Below, piece after piece: positions 31,040-45,689 of a stretch of DNA of 64,000 bases (the first letter of the stretch is position 1; each line of letters starts with the position of its first letter). The DNA comes from Eledone cirrhosa (taxonomy: Eukaryota). The notes beneath the pieces were generated by a model that ran no database searches, was not told the origin of the DNA, and saw only the letters and a list, made by a program, of their open reading frames with translations. Position numbers and translations under genes: made by a program. The stretch spans positions 33,790,001 to 33,854,000 of the forward strand of contig OZ024759.1 of NCBI GenBank assembly GCA_964016885.1, in the 5' to 3' direction.

Positions 31040-31225
31040 TTTTAATATATAAGAGCTTCTACACGACTAGAACTGTTTCATTCGTGAGAAATCATCAGCG
31101 ACCTCCCTGATGATTTCTCACGAAGGAAACAGTTCTAGTCCTGATAAGCTCTTCTATATTAAAACATTTATACTCTGAGTACCTTACTTACTGTGGTTAC
31201 CTCCGATTCAACCCGGAATAACTTA
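31040..31225. mobile_element. Family C fold-back element with two divergent HHR-like cores
   Basis: TCATCAG (31092) / CTGATGA (31107)-TTTC-TCAC-GAAG-GAAACAGTTC, with arms of about 57 bp. Related copies at about 31913-32020 (-), 44995-45162 (also fold-back) and 56770-56890. Confidence 0.7.
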
Positions 31226-31577
31226 TATATATATATAATTGGCTATAGTAGAACGACAAACATGTGTATTTTTATAATTTATTTTCCATTCTTATACCTC
31301 TGTCTTTAGTTTCCTTTATTCAATACTATACAGGATTAAATACGGAAACGCCAGATGAATTTCCTTTCATTACATTCGCTGTAAAGAGATTCACTATACA
31401 CACTATGGTGACTATTTGGTGCATTAGGTTTCTCCAACCAGTGTCTTCGTATTTGGAAATCTTGTTTACCTCTCAAACTGTAAAATTAGTTTCATTCTCC
31501 CATATATATACATACACATACATAAATATATATATGCTTTCAAAAAGATATATATATATACCTTCAAACACACACAC

Positions 31578-31646
<69 letters not shown>

Positions 31647-31731
31647 TTACATATACATAAAGTCATAGATATATATGTGGCAGAGGAAATGGTATATATT
31701 GTATCTATTAATTCTAAGGACATGATTTATG

Positions 31732-31773
<42 letters not shown>

Positions 31774-31776
31774 ATT

Positions 31777-31818
<42 letters not shown>

Positions 31819-31852
31819 ATTTGTATATATATATATATATATATACATAATT

Positions 31853-31914
<62 letters not shown>

Positions 31915-32440
31915 TTGATCGCGGATTCAATCGGGGGTAACCACAGTAAATAAGGTACTCAATACAAAGAAGAGTATAACTATTTAATATAGAAAAGGGT
32001 TCTACAGGACTAGAACTGTAAGGGGCGGTGAAAGCACTTCTCATTTAAGGGAAGGAGGCAAGTTTGGACAATTTAGTCGTAGCTATTAGTTTAGGACTTT
32101 GCACTCTAAAATGGTCAGAAAACTTCGATATGCGAGAAATATAACATGTACATAAATTGTAGCGCATATCCAAATAGATGTGAGTTTTGGTAGTTTGGGG
32201 AGAAACATATAATTATTGGGGTAGGCACATGGTCTTCAGGTGTCCACCCAGTATAAGTTCCAACGTCGTTGATATTACATATAATACGTATGTGTTTATT
32301 TATGTATAGACACACACACATATATATATATAGGCACATATATGTCCGCTACACATACATCATATGTATGTATATATTATTTCAAAAACGCAAACAAACC
32401 ACTCACCCACACACTCTGTTTATACATATATATATGAATG

Positions 32441-32988
<548 letters not shown>

Positions 32989-33023
32989 TATATAATAACT
33001 TGTGTGTTACACCTCTATTCTTT

Positions 33024-33078
<55 letters not shown>

Positions 33079-33091
33079 ATGTATATATATA

Positions 33092-33345
33092 TATTTATTA
33101 AAATAACAGATTCAAGTTTAATGAAAGAATCAGTTGCAACGTTTTTTTGAAATATTTACTTCTGCGTTCACAGGTTGACTTTTTTAGTTTCAGAAGATCC
33201 CGTTAAGGGTGAAAGCAGTGATTCTTTGCTTAAACTTTAATCTGTTATTTTAATAAATATTTGCTCTACGGTTCTTATATATCTGATATATATTTATCTT
33301 GATCGAGCCATCTTTGGATTTTAGTCTTCAAATTTATTATTAGTA
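33092..33345. mobile_element. Family B copy with a short inverted left end
   Basis: TTTATTAAAATAACAGATT...AAGAATC is inverted relative to GATTCTTTGCTTAAACTTTAATCTGTTATTTTAATAAA. Same tail as 52090-52175. Confidence 0.75.
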
Positions 33346-33466
<121 letters not shown>

Positions 33467-33779
33467 TATATATATATATGCATCCACACATATGTATATA
33501 TATATATATATATCGTCAACATCACCAACCTACGCAACTAATACAACCACTAATACAGCATCAACAACACCGTCTGTAAATAATGGTACGGTGCCAAATG
33601 TTACGGTTTGAAATTGCTTGTGCCACTCTGCTTAAACAAGGAAAATGATATATTCTTTGTTTTAAAAATGTGTTAGAATTTAGACACAACCGCTTATTAT
33701 AACTTATAAACCACGTAATTCTAAAGTGACCCGATTTTCTCCAACTTCTCTTTATTTCTGATACTCTCCATCTGTCACT

Positions 33780-33810
<31 letters not shown>

Positions 33811-33815
<5 letters not shown>

Positions 33816-33969
33816 AACGAGGCAGACTGGCGTGCAGAAATAGCTGTCGAAACGGCTGGAGCTCTGCCGTCGGTGTTCTGACTCTATTCCTATTACCCTC
33901 TCTACCCAAAGTATCGAGTACTCTGGCGCGTTATGGTCCACCTGGTTCCTTTACCACACTTCCTTCGTT
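33811..33969 (+). mobile_element. Family A copy, uninverted, between (TA)n tracts
   Basis: CAGAAATAGCTGTCGAAACGGCTGGAGCTCTGCCGTCGG...GGTCCACCTGGTTCC matches the other family A copies. Confidence 0.75.
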
Positions 33970-34563
33970 ATATATATATATAGAGTATAGCTATTGAGCA
34001 GTTAATTTTATTGATTTCTTCAGTTACTTATATTGACTGTTGAATGGCTCTGTTATATTTAACCATTCTGTCGTGAGCTTTATTCGATTTGTGATATTTT
34101 GCATTCTCGCAATAATACACAACTGAATCATTCGCTTAATAGAGGTGTTACCTCCCTTGCTGAATCCCACGAGGGGTCAGTAATAGCTACACTATCTATA
34201 GCATATTGGAGCAAAACCCGTTGAAAACACGACTGCCTTGTTCATCATCTCACCAGGAGCCCAACATTCTTTATGTAGGCGGACAGTACCTGATTTGGAG
34301 TCGCAGAAACCAATACTGGATTTTACCATCAGTCCAGGGTCCGGGAAAGTATCAACACATATATTTTTAGTGTTTGACCCGAATTACTTGGTCGTTTTGA
34401 TTTTGGCTGTGCGGATGATATGTTTAACCATCATCTCAGTGTGTTTGGCCCTTAACGTATGTTGTAGCTCTGATTCATATGATTCATCGAGCGCTTGGCA
34501 CACATATCGGACGTTGATTTTCGTTAATTCCTGAGCTGAAAACGATTCTCGCTAATTTATATT

Positions 34564-34669
<106 letters not shown>

Positions 34670-35518
34670 TCTGAGAATCTATTATGTCACGAGTTCGGTT
34701 ACATTCTCTTTCGCAGTAAAAGGGCCTTTAACTCTTGACCTCAATGTAAATGTAATTATTTAGCTAAGGCCGCGAATCGGTTGAGTCGTTAGAACGTCGG
34801 CTACAGTGATTCGCTGTATAATTGAATACGTTATTTAATGAGCTCTTAACAAAGGAAACTTCATCTATATCTCTTTCTCACTTTTATTCTCTCACACACT
34901 ATCCTTCGCTGCAGAAATTCTACAGTATTTAAGAGGTTGATGGGTTCCACAAAGTTGTAAAAAGCTCTAGAAACACCGTATATCAATGCAGTGTCTCTAC
35001 ACCGTCCCCGGGTGTTAGTGGACAATTCCTGCAATGTTTTAGTTAATATCTGAAAGTTAATTTGTTAATTCAAATGTTATAGTATCTTTACTGGTGGACA
35101 GATTTCTGAGAACTTTATAGTATTTGGTATAACTGTAATGCTTAAAGTATACAAGTCTAATAATTCTTTATACTTTTCAAGAAAGTCCTCGTAGTGCGGT
35201 GTCGTATTGTTTGTTAATTGAAATATTTAGACTTTCTTTCTTTTGAGCAAATTTGCAGAAAACTAAAGCAAAGACGTTAATTTTTAATATGATGCTGTCG
35301 CACTGATGTTTTATATTTTTCAAGAACGTCTGGCAAATGTGTTTTCTAGTGGACAGATTATTAAACAAATTTGCTGTAAACTAAATTTTCAAGAATATCT
35401 CGTTATTGTTATTCCATGTGGTCCATGGAGAAAAATGTTAATAAAGAACTCACATGATTAATGTAAAAAGAAAAAAAACTCTGCAAAGAATCACATTCAA
35501 AAGTTAAAATTTGCGTAA

Positions 35519-35558
<40 letters not shown>

Positions 35559-35884
35559 TAAATTGTCCCTTTTGATTAACGGTTTCAGGCGTCTCTGTTG
35601 GGCTCGCCTGTCTTCGTGAAACCTTTGGTAAATAGAATAATTGTATTGTGTTGTTTATTACATATTTAAATAGCTCTGTAGCATACATATATCACTCTGC
35701 TTTCCTTTACTCTCTCTACGGAAATACTTCATACAATCATACATACATATATATATATATATACATATATATGTATATATGAATCTCTCCCAAGATAACT
35801 CTATCTCGTGTTAATATTTTTTTTCTTTTACGCTCTTTCCTACGTTCTTCTACACACTATACATCTCATTCTACATTCACTTAC

Positions 35885-35957
35885 ATCTGTCTCTTCACCA
35901 CCGTATCTTGTCACCCGGAGATTTACCCATCTGCACTGGTGAGGCTTCCAAAACGAC
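35885..35957 (-). CDS. Candidate 73-bp internal coding exon: (R)SFWKPHQCRWVNLRVTRYGGEETD
   Basis: Minus strand acceptor ATTTCCTTTAG and donor GAT|GTAAGT. Only the phase-2-in frame is open; it ends in phase 0. Confidence 0.55.
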
Positions 35958-36008
35958 CTAAAGGAAATATACCTTATTCTTCCACAATGCTTTAGGCAAA
36001 CTTCAATA

Positions 36009-36056
<48 letters not shown>

Positions 36057-36422
36057 GGTCTACTGCTAGGTCGTCAGCCTGTTGATTTTGCCGTGAAATC
36101 CGTCCTGTGATTGTTTCCTAAGACATTCTAACCCCATGTCTATAATATAAGAGCTGTGATCTCTCAATATAGTTTAGTCCCTAATGTCAAACAAGCTGTT
36201 TTCCAATTATATTCCAAATAATATGAAAACCAAATGCAGTATCTATAATTAGTTATATTATCGCGGACAGGTTAAATAGCATTGAAATTATATTTATAAG
36301 TTCAACGACATTTAAATAGACGGATTTCAAGGAAAAAATTGGTATCCCGATGTTTCTGAATAATGTGTGAAGTGATCCATTATAAACTGGCGAATTTCTT
36401 TCCAAATCCCTTCACTGCTCTC

Positions 36423-36475
<53 letters not shown>

Positions 36476-37259
36476 TACACACAATCACACACTCTCTCTC
36501 TCTCACATACACACAATCACACACACTCTCTCTCTCTCTCTCTCATTCTAGCAACTCTTCTTGTCCAACCTTTCTCTCTCTCTCTCCTTATCTACCTCCT
36601 CTCGTTATCTCTCTCTCTCTCTTTATATCTCTCTATCTCTAACCCCGCTCTCTCTCTCTCTCTTTATCTCTCTCTCTTTCTCTCTCTCACACACACACAA
36701 ACACACGCAATCCAGCAACTTTTCTTCTTCCACCTTTCTCTCTTTCTCCTTTCTCTTTTAAAATATCCTACCTCTCACTGTCTACAACTCTCTCCTCCCT
36801 CTCCCTTTCTTATTCGTATCTTCCTCCGCCCCCTCTCACACAGCCCCACTGTTATCCCACTCTTTTTCATATCTTCTTCCTCTCTTTCTCTATCTCTCTC
36901 TCACACATAGTACACCAAATAATTTCTCCCACTTGTTACTTCCCCCTCTCTCTCTCTGACTCCTTCCCCCTCTCTCTGTGTCCCCTTCCATCTCTCTCCC
37001 TTCCGCTTTCCTTCACTTCTTCTCGCTCAAATTTAACAAACTAATAAAACTGAAAAAATGTAATTTTTCTCCCATTCAAAATTTGAAGATATGAAATAAA
37101 TTTTGTATAGCAGATGTTTAAAAAACACATTTCTCTCTCTCTTTCTTTCACTCTCTTTCACTCACTCTCTCTCTCTATTTCACTCACTCACTCACTCTCT
37201 CTCTCTATTTCACTCACTCACTCTCTCTCTCTTTCTGTCACTCCCTCTCTCTCTCTGTC

Positions 37260-37341
<82 letters not shown>

Positions 37342-37709
37342 ACATACAAATACAGACGCACACATACGAGCACACATACACACCCATACACACATCTAGT
37401 GTTTTCATGAAAAGAAAAGGTGGGATTTTAAGATGTATATATAATTCGATGTCGTTACTGACGCAAATTTGACTACCACCACCACCACCACCACCACCGA
37501 CAGCACCAACAACAGCAACAACGACAACAACAATAACGACACCAACATGACCAGCACAACTACCACCACAACCAGCAATAACAACAACAACGACAGCACG
37601 ACAGAAACCTCTACACCACCCCACCATCATCCAACACCTCCACTATTACCAACACGAGCTCCACAAACAAGCACCGGAACCAGCGCCCCCAACACGCCCA
37701 CCGCCTCCA

Positions 37710-38490
37710 CCCTCATCACTGCTACCACCACCACCAACACCACCACCACCTACACCATCACTGCCACCACCACCACCTACACCATCACTGCCACCACCAC
37801 CAACACCACCACCAACACCGTCACTGCCACCATCACTGCCACCACCACCACCAACACCACCACCACCTACACCATCACTGCCACCACCACCACCAACACC
37901 ACCACCTACACCATCACTGCCACCACCACCAACACCACCACCTACACCATCACTGCCACCACTACCACCAACACCACCACCTACACCATCACTGCCACCA
38001 CCACCAACACCACCATCTACACCATCACTGCCACCACCACCACCAACACCACCACCTACACCATCACTGCCACCACCACCAACACCACCACCACCTACAC
38101 CATCACTGCCACCACCACCAACACCACCACCTACACCATCACTGCCACCACCACCACCAATACCACCACCTACACCATCACTACCACCACCACCAACACC
38201 ACCACCTACACCATCACTGCCAACACCACCAACACCACCATCTACACCATCACTACCACCACCACCTACACCATCACTGCCACCACCACCACCAACACCA
38301 CCGCCTACACCATCACTGCCACCACCAGCACCTACACCATCACTGCCATCACCACCACCTACGCCATCACTGCCACCACCACCTACACCATCACTGCCAC
38401 CACCTCCAACACCACCACCGACACCACCACCTACACCATCACTGCCAACACCACCAACACCAGCACCTACATCATCACTACCACCAACAC
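37710..38490. repeat. (ACC)n-derived minisatellite, variable unit of about 21-39 bp
   Basis: About 20 recurrences of ACCTACACCATCACTGCCACCACC. Confidence 0.95.
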
Positions 38491-39093
38491 CTCTCTCTTC
38501 CTGTCTCTCTCTTTCCCTCTATGTTTCAGAAACGTTTCATTTTGACACCCATCCCCTTCGTCTCCTGCTCCCCCCTCTTCTCCCTCATCCTCCGCTCCTC
38601 CTCCTTCATCTATCTCTCATCTAAAACGTCTTTGCTCTGGTGTCAACCTGACACAAATCTAGGAGTGTCACGCAACCGAAAATTATTTCATAATTGATGA
38701 TTGTCTAATTTTATATTCAACGGCGGTACTGTGTTTAGGTTACTCTATGTCCGCTTTACAGTCTCCATTTAAATATAAACTGTAGTCTCAGCTCGTGTTT
38801 AGAATTAAACTTCTACATTCTCTATCAAAACATATATAATACAGTTATAGCTACATCGTATCGGCTGGCTCAATGCGTTCTCTTCGCACTCATTGGGTTT
38901 CTACACCTATGTATATATTTCTACACCCTATCTAAACATATAGTACACTTATGTGTACATCATGGCGCAGTTCCTCGTGATTCCAGTTCTTCATAGAAAT
39001 AACAATCTAACAAGGAGATGGACATATATATGTATTGACGGCGTAATACACACTTCAACGACATGTGTAGCCGTCTTTCCCACACCAATTCGG

Positions 39094-39148
39094 ACTGCCT
39101 GAAGAGGTCACAGTGAATGATGGCCGTCACCGAAATATATATAGCAGT
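39094..39148 (+). ncRNA. Minimal type I hammerhead ribozyme
   Basis: ACTGC-CTGAAGA-GGT...ACC-GAAA-TATATA-TA-GCAGT: 5-bp stem I, intact core, palindromic stem III. Confidence 0.8.
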
Positions 39149-39362
39149 ATATCTATAATTTATAATAAACGAAGCCAAATTTTACATATGTGACTTAATT
39201 ATTTTATATATATATATAATTGGTTATGCACGAGTGCATTAATGTTTTCCAGGACACAGTGTCATGTACCGTGTAGTGGAATGTCAGCTTAAAACAGAGT
39301 GGTGCTCAACGAAATGCAGAAAAAAGGTGTATATTCCAGTTTAGCTATATTCCGGGGCGTGT

Positions 39363-39708
39363 ATAAAGAATTAAAAAGAACAGAAAGATGCAGTAAAAGA
39401 GATTTATTCGGTTCTTACGTACGTTTCAATAGACATCTATTTGCCTAGATCTCGCTACATCTATAATATTATATATTTAGTAGAGCATTCGATATCCAAT
39501 GCACAATCGATCCCATATCATCAGAGATTATGTTTCAAACATAATCTCTGATGATATGGGATCGATTGTGTGCATTGGATATCGACTGCTCTACTAAATA
39601 TATAATATTATAGATGTAGCGAGATCTAGGCAAATAGATGTCTATTGAAACGTACGTAAGAACCGAATAAATCTCTTTTACTGCATCTTTCTGTTCTTCT
39701 TAATTCTT

Positions 39709-39712
<4 letters not shown>
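39363..39712. mobile_element. Fold-back palindrome (about 173-bp arms) carrying an HHR with a large loop II in each arm
   Basis: Near-perfect inverted repeat centred on GTTT-C-AAAC (39536). The right arm has TCT-CTGATGA (39548)...GAAA-CGTACG-TA-AGA (39647-39661). Confidence 0.85.
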
Positions 39713-39785
<73 letters not shown>

Positions 39786-40159
39786 ACAGGGCTCTGATAC
39801 CATCAACACCATTAACACAGAGCTGACTAACTGCCTGATGAGGTCATAGCCAGTCAATGGCTATCATCAACATATAGCAGTAATTAAAGGGTTATGAGTT
39901 CATGCTATTGACTTACGTGGAATCATGGATGAAGTAAACACTGTTGCTATATCAACACATTTTGATCTGCTTAACTTTAATTACTTATGCCTGTAAATAA
40001 CATTAGTTTTTCTTCCACAATGACTTTTTATGCTCTACATTATGACCGTTTTTTAATTTTTTTATTTTTTATTTTCACTACATAAACCTTGTTTGTAAAT
40101 AACATTATTCTTTCTGCACGTTCTCTTTAACATGTGCGACACCACACTAATACATTTCA

Positions 40160-40201
40160 CTATCATTTGATAATGCATTAAAATGCTGAAACCGGTTATA
40201 G
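40160..40201 (+). ncRNA. HHR-like motif with U3:A8 core (TTGATAA) in a probable PLE 3' region (about 39783-40290)
   Basis: TTGATAA-T-GCATT-AA-AATGC-T-GAAA-CCGG-TT-ATAG. Stem I is imperfect (CTAT/ATAG with a bulge). Confidence 0.5.
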
Positions 40202-40383
40202 ACAATTATTAAATATATAAATAGATAAATAAATGCCATTGTTAAATAATAAATAAATCAACTAATACCTTAACACTTCACATTTCGTTTTAATCATGTT
40301 CTAACCCAGAAAAAAGAGAGAGAAACAAAAAAGGAAAAAAATATATTTTTCTTCCTAATAATCGTCTCTCTCTCCCTGTTTTC

Positions 40384-40426
<43 letters not shown>

Positions 40427-40497
40427 CGATTATTAGGAAGAAAAATATATTTTTTTCCTTTTTTGTTTCTCTCTCTCCTTTTATGCCTCTCTCTATA

Positions 40498-40661
<164 letters not shown>

Positions 40662-41168
40662 TATAGATATACACTACAAGTTTCGAAAATATAATTATGT
40701 ATTAATTTCATTGCGAAAGACGAGTGGCAAGATGACGACACGAACTTTCCTAGCACCATCCTCCAAGTAGTTTCTGCAGTCGTGAGCTTTATACAATTTA
40801 TATTACATTTGATATTCTGATACCTTTTATATAAGGCTGTTAACGCCCTAACACGAACCACATTTTTATGATGCACTTTCCTCCCTGTTTTAGTTAGTAT
40901 TTTCTCGTTTCTCTCCATTCTTTAATTTTTATGGCATTCATGACGTTTCATGCTACATTCAAATATATTTGGTGGGTAGAATTATTTTTTTCTTTTAAAG
41001 TACTAACACTGGTTGCTAATCGTTTCTACCACCCCATTTCCGCCAATCCATCGTAATATTTTTTTTTACTAACTATTACATCGGAATGATTGTTTTAACG
41101 AACGAATACTGAACCTGTTTTTCAGCACGCATTCAAAGACGTCATATATTCTGTATGACTATATGTGC

Positions 41169-41256
<88 letters not shown>

Positions 41257-41376
41257 GTCTATGTGTGTGTGTGTCTCTGTGTGTGTATGTGTGTGTGTGT
41301 CTGTATGTGTGTGTGTGTGTAGACAGAGAGACTTAATTCAATTGAATTAATGTAGATAATATAAATGCGTATGTAT

Positions 41377-41490
<114 letters not shown>

Positions 41491-41771
41491 TTATACATAT
41501 ATATACATATATACACACATATACAAATAAGCTATATTAGATCGACATGAACTCTAGAGAGTCCAACCTCTTGGTACATTCTATTTAACATCTAAATACA
41601 ACACACACATTATTACTCTAGTTCACATGTCTAATACATTAACAATATGCATACAATCTACGGTTACCAAAAATACAACATTTAAGGTGAAATGAAGTAA
41701 ATGCATTAATAGATTACCTGCCGAATCGACATATCTTCAATGTTCCTTTGTGTGTTTTCTCTCCATGTAGA

Positions 41772-41950
41772 TATTGGTTTCTGATTTAGGTACAAGGCTA
41801 ACGATTTTGGGGGAAATGAAAATTAATTAAATAGACCTCATTGCATTACTGGTACTTTATTTTATGGACACCGAAATTATGAAAGGCAAATTGAACCTAG
41901 GTGGGATTTGAAATAAAAATGATTTCTAGTATTGGCACAAGTCCAGTGAT
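41772..41950 (-). mobile_element. SINE, 5'-truncated, plus a second tail fragment
   Basis: TTGCATTACTGGTACTTTATTTTATGGACACCG...GAAAGGCAAA...GGGATTTGAA. Confidence 0.7.
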
Positions 41951-41984
41951 TTCCAACAGCTTAACTACTACTCTATTAACTTTC

Positions 41985-42330
41985 AGAACACCTCAACTAC
42001 CAACTCACAAAATACATTAAATATAAAGCCATACGCCATCACAAACTTAACCACCAATCACACTATCCTTTACATCACACTATCTAGAAAACCTACGGAC
42101 TTTACCAACACCTTAACTATTAAGCTATGTCCTTCCAAAACATTTAGAACCCCTCAACCACCAACTCCCGAAATACATAAAATATAAAACCATACGCCAT
42201 CACAATCTTAACCACCAAGACAAACTCCTTCATTTTACACTATCTAGAAAACTTGCGGATTTCACCAACACCTTAACTATTAAGCTATGTCCTTCCAGAG
42301 CTTCCTAAGCTTTCAGAATAATTTAACTAC
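41985..42330. repeat. About 161-bp tandem duplication (2 copies plus a partial third)
   Basis: CCATACGCCATCACAA...CACTATCTAGAAAAC...CTTAACTATTAAGCTATGTCCTTCCA occurs twice. Confidence 0.9.
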
Positions 42331-42695
42331 TGGTGTATAAACCTTCACAACTGAATATCTAGACAGACTTAGAAATATATAAACATTTCGGACAGAAATT
42401 AAAGAGACATATTAGGATGTAATATTAATATTAAACACAGCTAAAGGCAAAAAACCAAAACAAATAATAATAATGACAATAAATAGATTATAACAGTATT
42501 AATTTATAGTAAGAATATTCTCAACTGGATGCTAAGTGAGTTACAATGACTAGACAGGAAAACAATATGAATAATTCCTGCATTTAGAAAATGTCATTTC
42601 ACTACCACCACCTTTTTCTAATGTGATACCTACTTATGTAAGGAGTATTTGTCTCTTGTGCAATTAGGAAACACATACATAGTGTGTATATATAG

Positions 42696-42742
<47 letters not shown>

Positions 42743-43206
42743 TATATCTATGTATATGTAGAAAGCAATATATTCACATATATATATATATGATTGCTTA
42801 GCGGAATATGTATTATATTATAGTATCATTTCCACCAATCTGTAGCTCTAAGACCCTACATTCATTTAGAAACGAAGACTAATACGAATTGCCCTAAATA
42901 ACGAGATTTCCAACTACTTACAATATATATTCACTTGAAAACAAATTATTTAATTCAATGATTTTTATATGTCCATCCGGAGGATGTAAAGGTCGGTCGA
43001 TGGAAAAGGCTACCGGAGGCCAATAATGGTTACATAACACAACATATCTGGAGATATAAGTGATCTATTATTTAATATATGAATTATACCTTAGATTAAA
43101 ATAAAAATATGTCTGAATCCGAGCATTGGAAGGGAAATCGAAGCTGGTCTATTGACATCCTGGTCCTGGATTCGAAATCACAACTGTACGATTGCAATCC
43201 TAACCT

Positions 43207-43292
<86 letters not shown>

Positions 43293-43552
43293 AGGTACAC
43301 GAATATATATACAGCCGAGAAGAGACAGCCAACGAATCGCGCGATCACACACACACACATACATACGTACATATATATACATATACCAGCATGTATTTCA
43401 GACTGTAAGTGAGTATGTGTAGCTGTGTATATGTATCTATGTGTGTTTATGTGTATATATGTATGTGCTTATATGTATACATGTATGTAAGTATGTTTGT
43501 GTGTGTGTTAGTGCCTGCCTCTGTGTATACATATATGTATGTATATGTGTAT

Positions 43553-43870
43553 GTATGTGCCTATGTGTATATGTATACACATAGGCATATACATATATGC
43601 ATGTATATGTGTGTGTATGTGTATATATGTATGTGCCTATGTGTATATGTATACACATAGGCATATACATATATGCATGTATATGTGTGTGTATGTGTAT
43701 ATATGTATGTGCCTATGTGTATATGTATACACATAGGCATATACATATATGCATGTATATGTGTGTGTATGTGTATATATGTATGTGCCTATGTGTGTAT
43801 GTATACACATAGGCAGATACATATATGTATGTATATGTGTGTGTGTGTGTATATATATGTATGTGCCTAG
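43553..43870. repeat. 76-bp minisatellite (about 4.2 copies), each unit with an internal hairpin
   Basis: Units start at 43553, 43629, 43705 and 43781. Each contains TGCCTATGTGTATA-TG-TATACACATAGGCA. Confidence 0.9.
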
Positions 43871-44127
43871 TGTATACATGTATGTGTGTGTGTGTTAGTG
43901 CCGCATAAACATAATCGTAGCGCTGAAGTAAAAACATTGTTCAAGTATATGTCGCGTAAGTAATGTATTAACTTATTACTTTGTAACTACTCCAACCCTT
44001 CCATAGCCACCACTTGTAATAATCACCGTCTAAGGCCCATAGGTAAACAATAACTCTATACAACAGACATCAACACCATATAAATACGCACATATATATA
44101 TATATACATATATATATGTATGTATGC

Positions 44128-44166
<39 letters not shown>

Positions 44167-44226
44167 CACACAAACACATCTATACAGTTTATATATATAT
44201 ATATACATACGAACACTTCTATACCA

Positions 44227-44266
<40 letters not shown>

Positions 44267-44359
44267 TTATACATACATACACATCCATACAGTATATATA
44301 TATGTGTGTGTGTGGGGGGGGGGGGTTATATGTGTGGGTGTGTGTGAAAAGAAAAATAA

Positions 44360-44425
<66 letters not shown>

Positions 44426-44994
44426 TATACGAATATACATTTTTCGGACTATTAAACTTTCAGATGAAAAAAAATAAAACACATTTTGTTTTGTCTTTAA
44501 TATTTACATGTAGATGTAAATATTACCAAAAAATGTTTCATCTAAAATCAGGAAGTTAACAGGCCGAGAATCTATTGACGTATTAACAATAACTCAGCTC
44601 GTATATTTAGATATTAAAAATTGCATTATTCGACACAGGGTGACAGACCGAATAAGAACAATGATATTGATAATGTAACTTACAGTTAAGGAATAAAAAA
44701 AATAGGGAAAACTAAACGAAGACTGGTTGAAATTCTCTGTCGAGAAATATTAATACAATGATCAAAAGTTTACGGGGTTTTAACTTCTAATAGGATTCTA
44801 GGGTCACCGTTTTGAATCATGAAATGCCCAGGGCTTTTTTAAAACTGTCAAAGCTAATATCTTTGGAAGTCAATCAATTTCTTCCATAAAAAGTAAACGA
44901 AACGGGAACATATATATTTAAACGTGAACATATATGAACGTATCTACCCTTGTGTTTAACATATATATACAGGTGTGTGTGGGTATGTGTGTCC

Positions 44995-45153
44995 CTGGCC
45001 CTCTTTGAATCAGGGGTAACCACAGAGTACATACAATATTTAATGCAGAAATGGCTTCTACAGGAATATAAATCTTTCATTGGAAGGAAATCATCAGGAA
45101 AGCTTTCCTAATGAACCTTCGAATGAGACAGTTCTAGACTTGTAGAAGCCACT

Positions 45154-45162
<9 letters not shown>
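44995..45162. mobile_element. Family C fold-back element, older and more diverged copy
   Basis: GGGGTAACCACAG...GGCTTCTACAGG...TCATCAGGAAAG|CTTTCCTAATGA...CAGTTCTAG...GTAGAAGCC. Shares motifs with 31040-31225. Confidence 0.65.
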
Positions 45163-45188
<26 letters not shown>

Positions 45189-45689
45189 GGGGGGGGGGCA
45201 GTGTATGTATACAACCCTTGTAATAATTATACGAAATGTAGATGCAAAGATCAGACAAAATAAATCACCAATATTAAAATCAACATGTTGATAACAGGCA
45301 GAATAAAAACAATAGCTCTCTATGTGGTCACGACAGCTTCTAAAAATAACTGCTAAATTCTCATCAGACCACTTGGTATTGCCTTAAATAAAGAGGGCTA
45401 CAGTTAATTTAATGAATGATGGGTTCAAGCGCAGAGAAGCTATAAACAAACATAGTTTATGAAATCGGGTGTAGACCCTTTAAAGACGGGAAAAGTAGTT
45501 ATCATATGCCGCATTTGAAAATGTAATTACTGAGATAAGAAAAAAAATATTTATTTGATATATTCTGATATAGAAAATGTTGTCTATAGGTTTAGTCGAT
45601 CAAAGTCAGTTTGGTGTTGAAACAATGAAGATTACTCGACAAATCAATGAGAATTTACACTGAATCGAAACCTCCGCATAAATATATGA

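Noticed and set aside
31298-31378. Minus-strand exon candidate (acceptor TCTTTACAG, donor GTATAA)
   Set aside because: Stop codons in all three frames.
37469-38545. 358-aa Thr-rich mucin-like ORF
   Set aside because: Built from an (ACC)n minisatellite with almost no synonymous variation, with no true ATG start, and antisense to the candidate gene.
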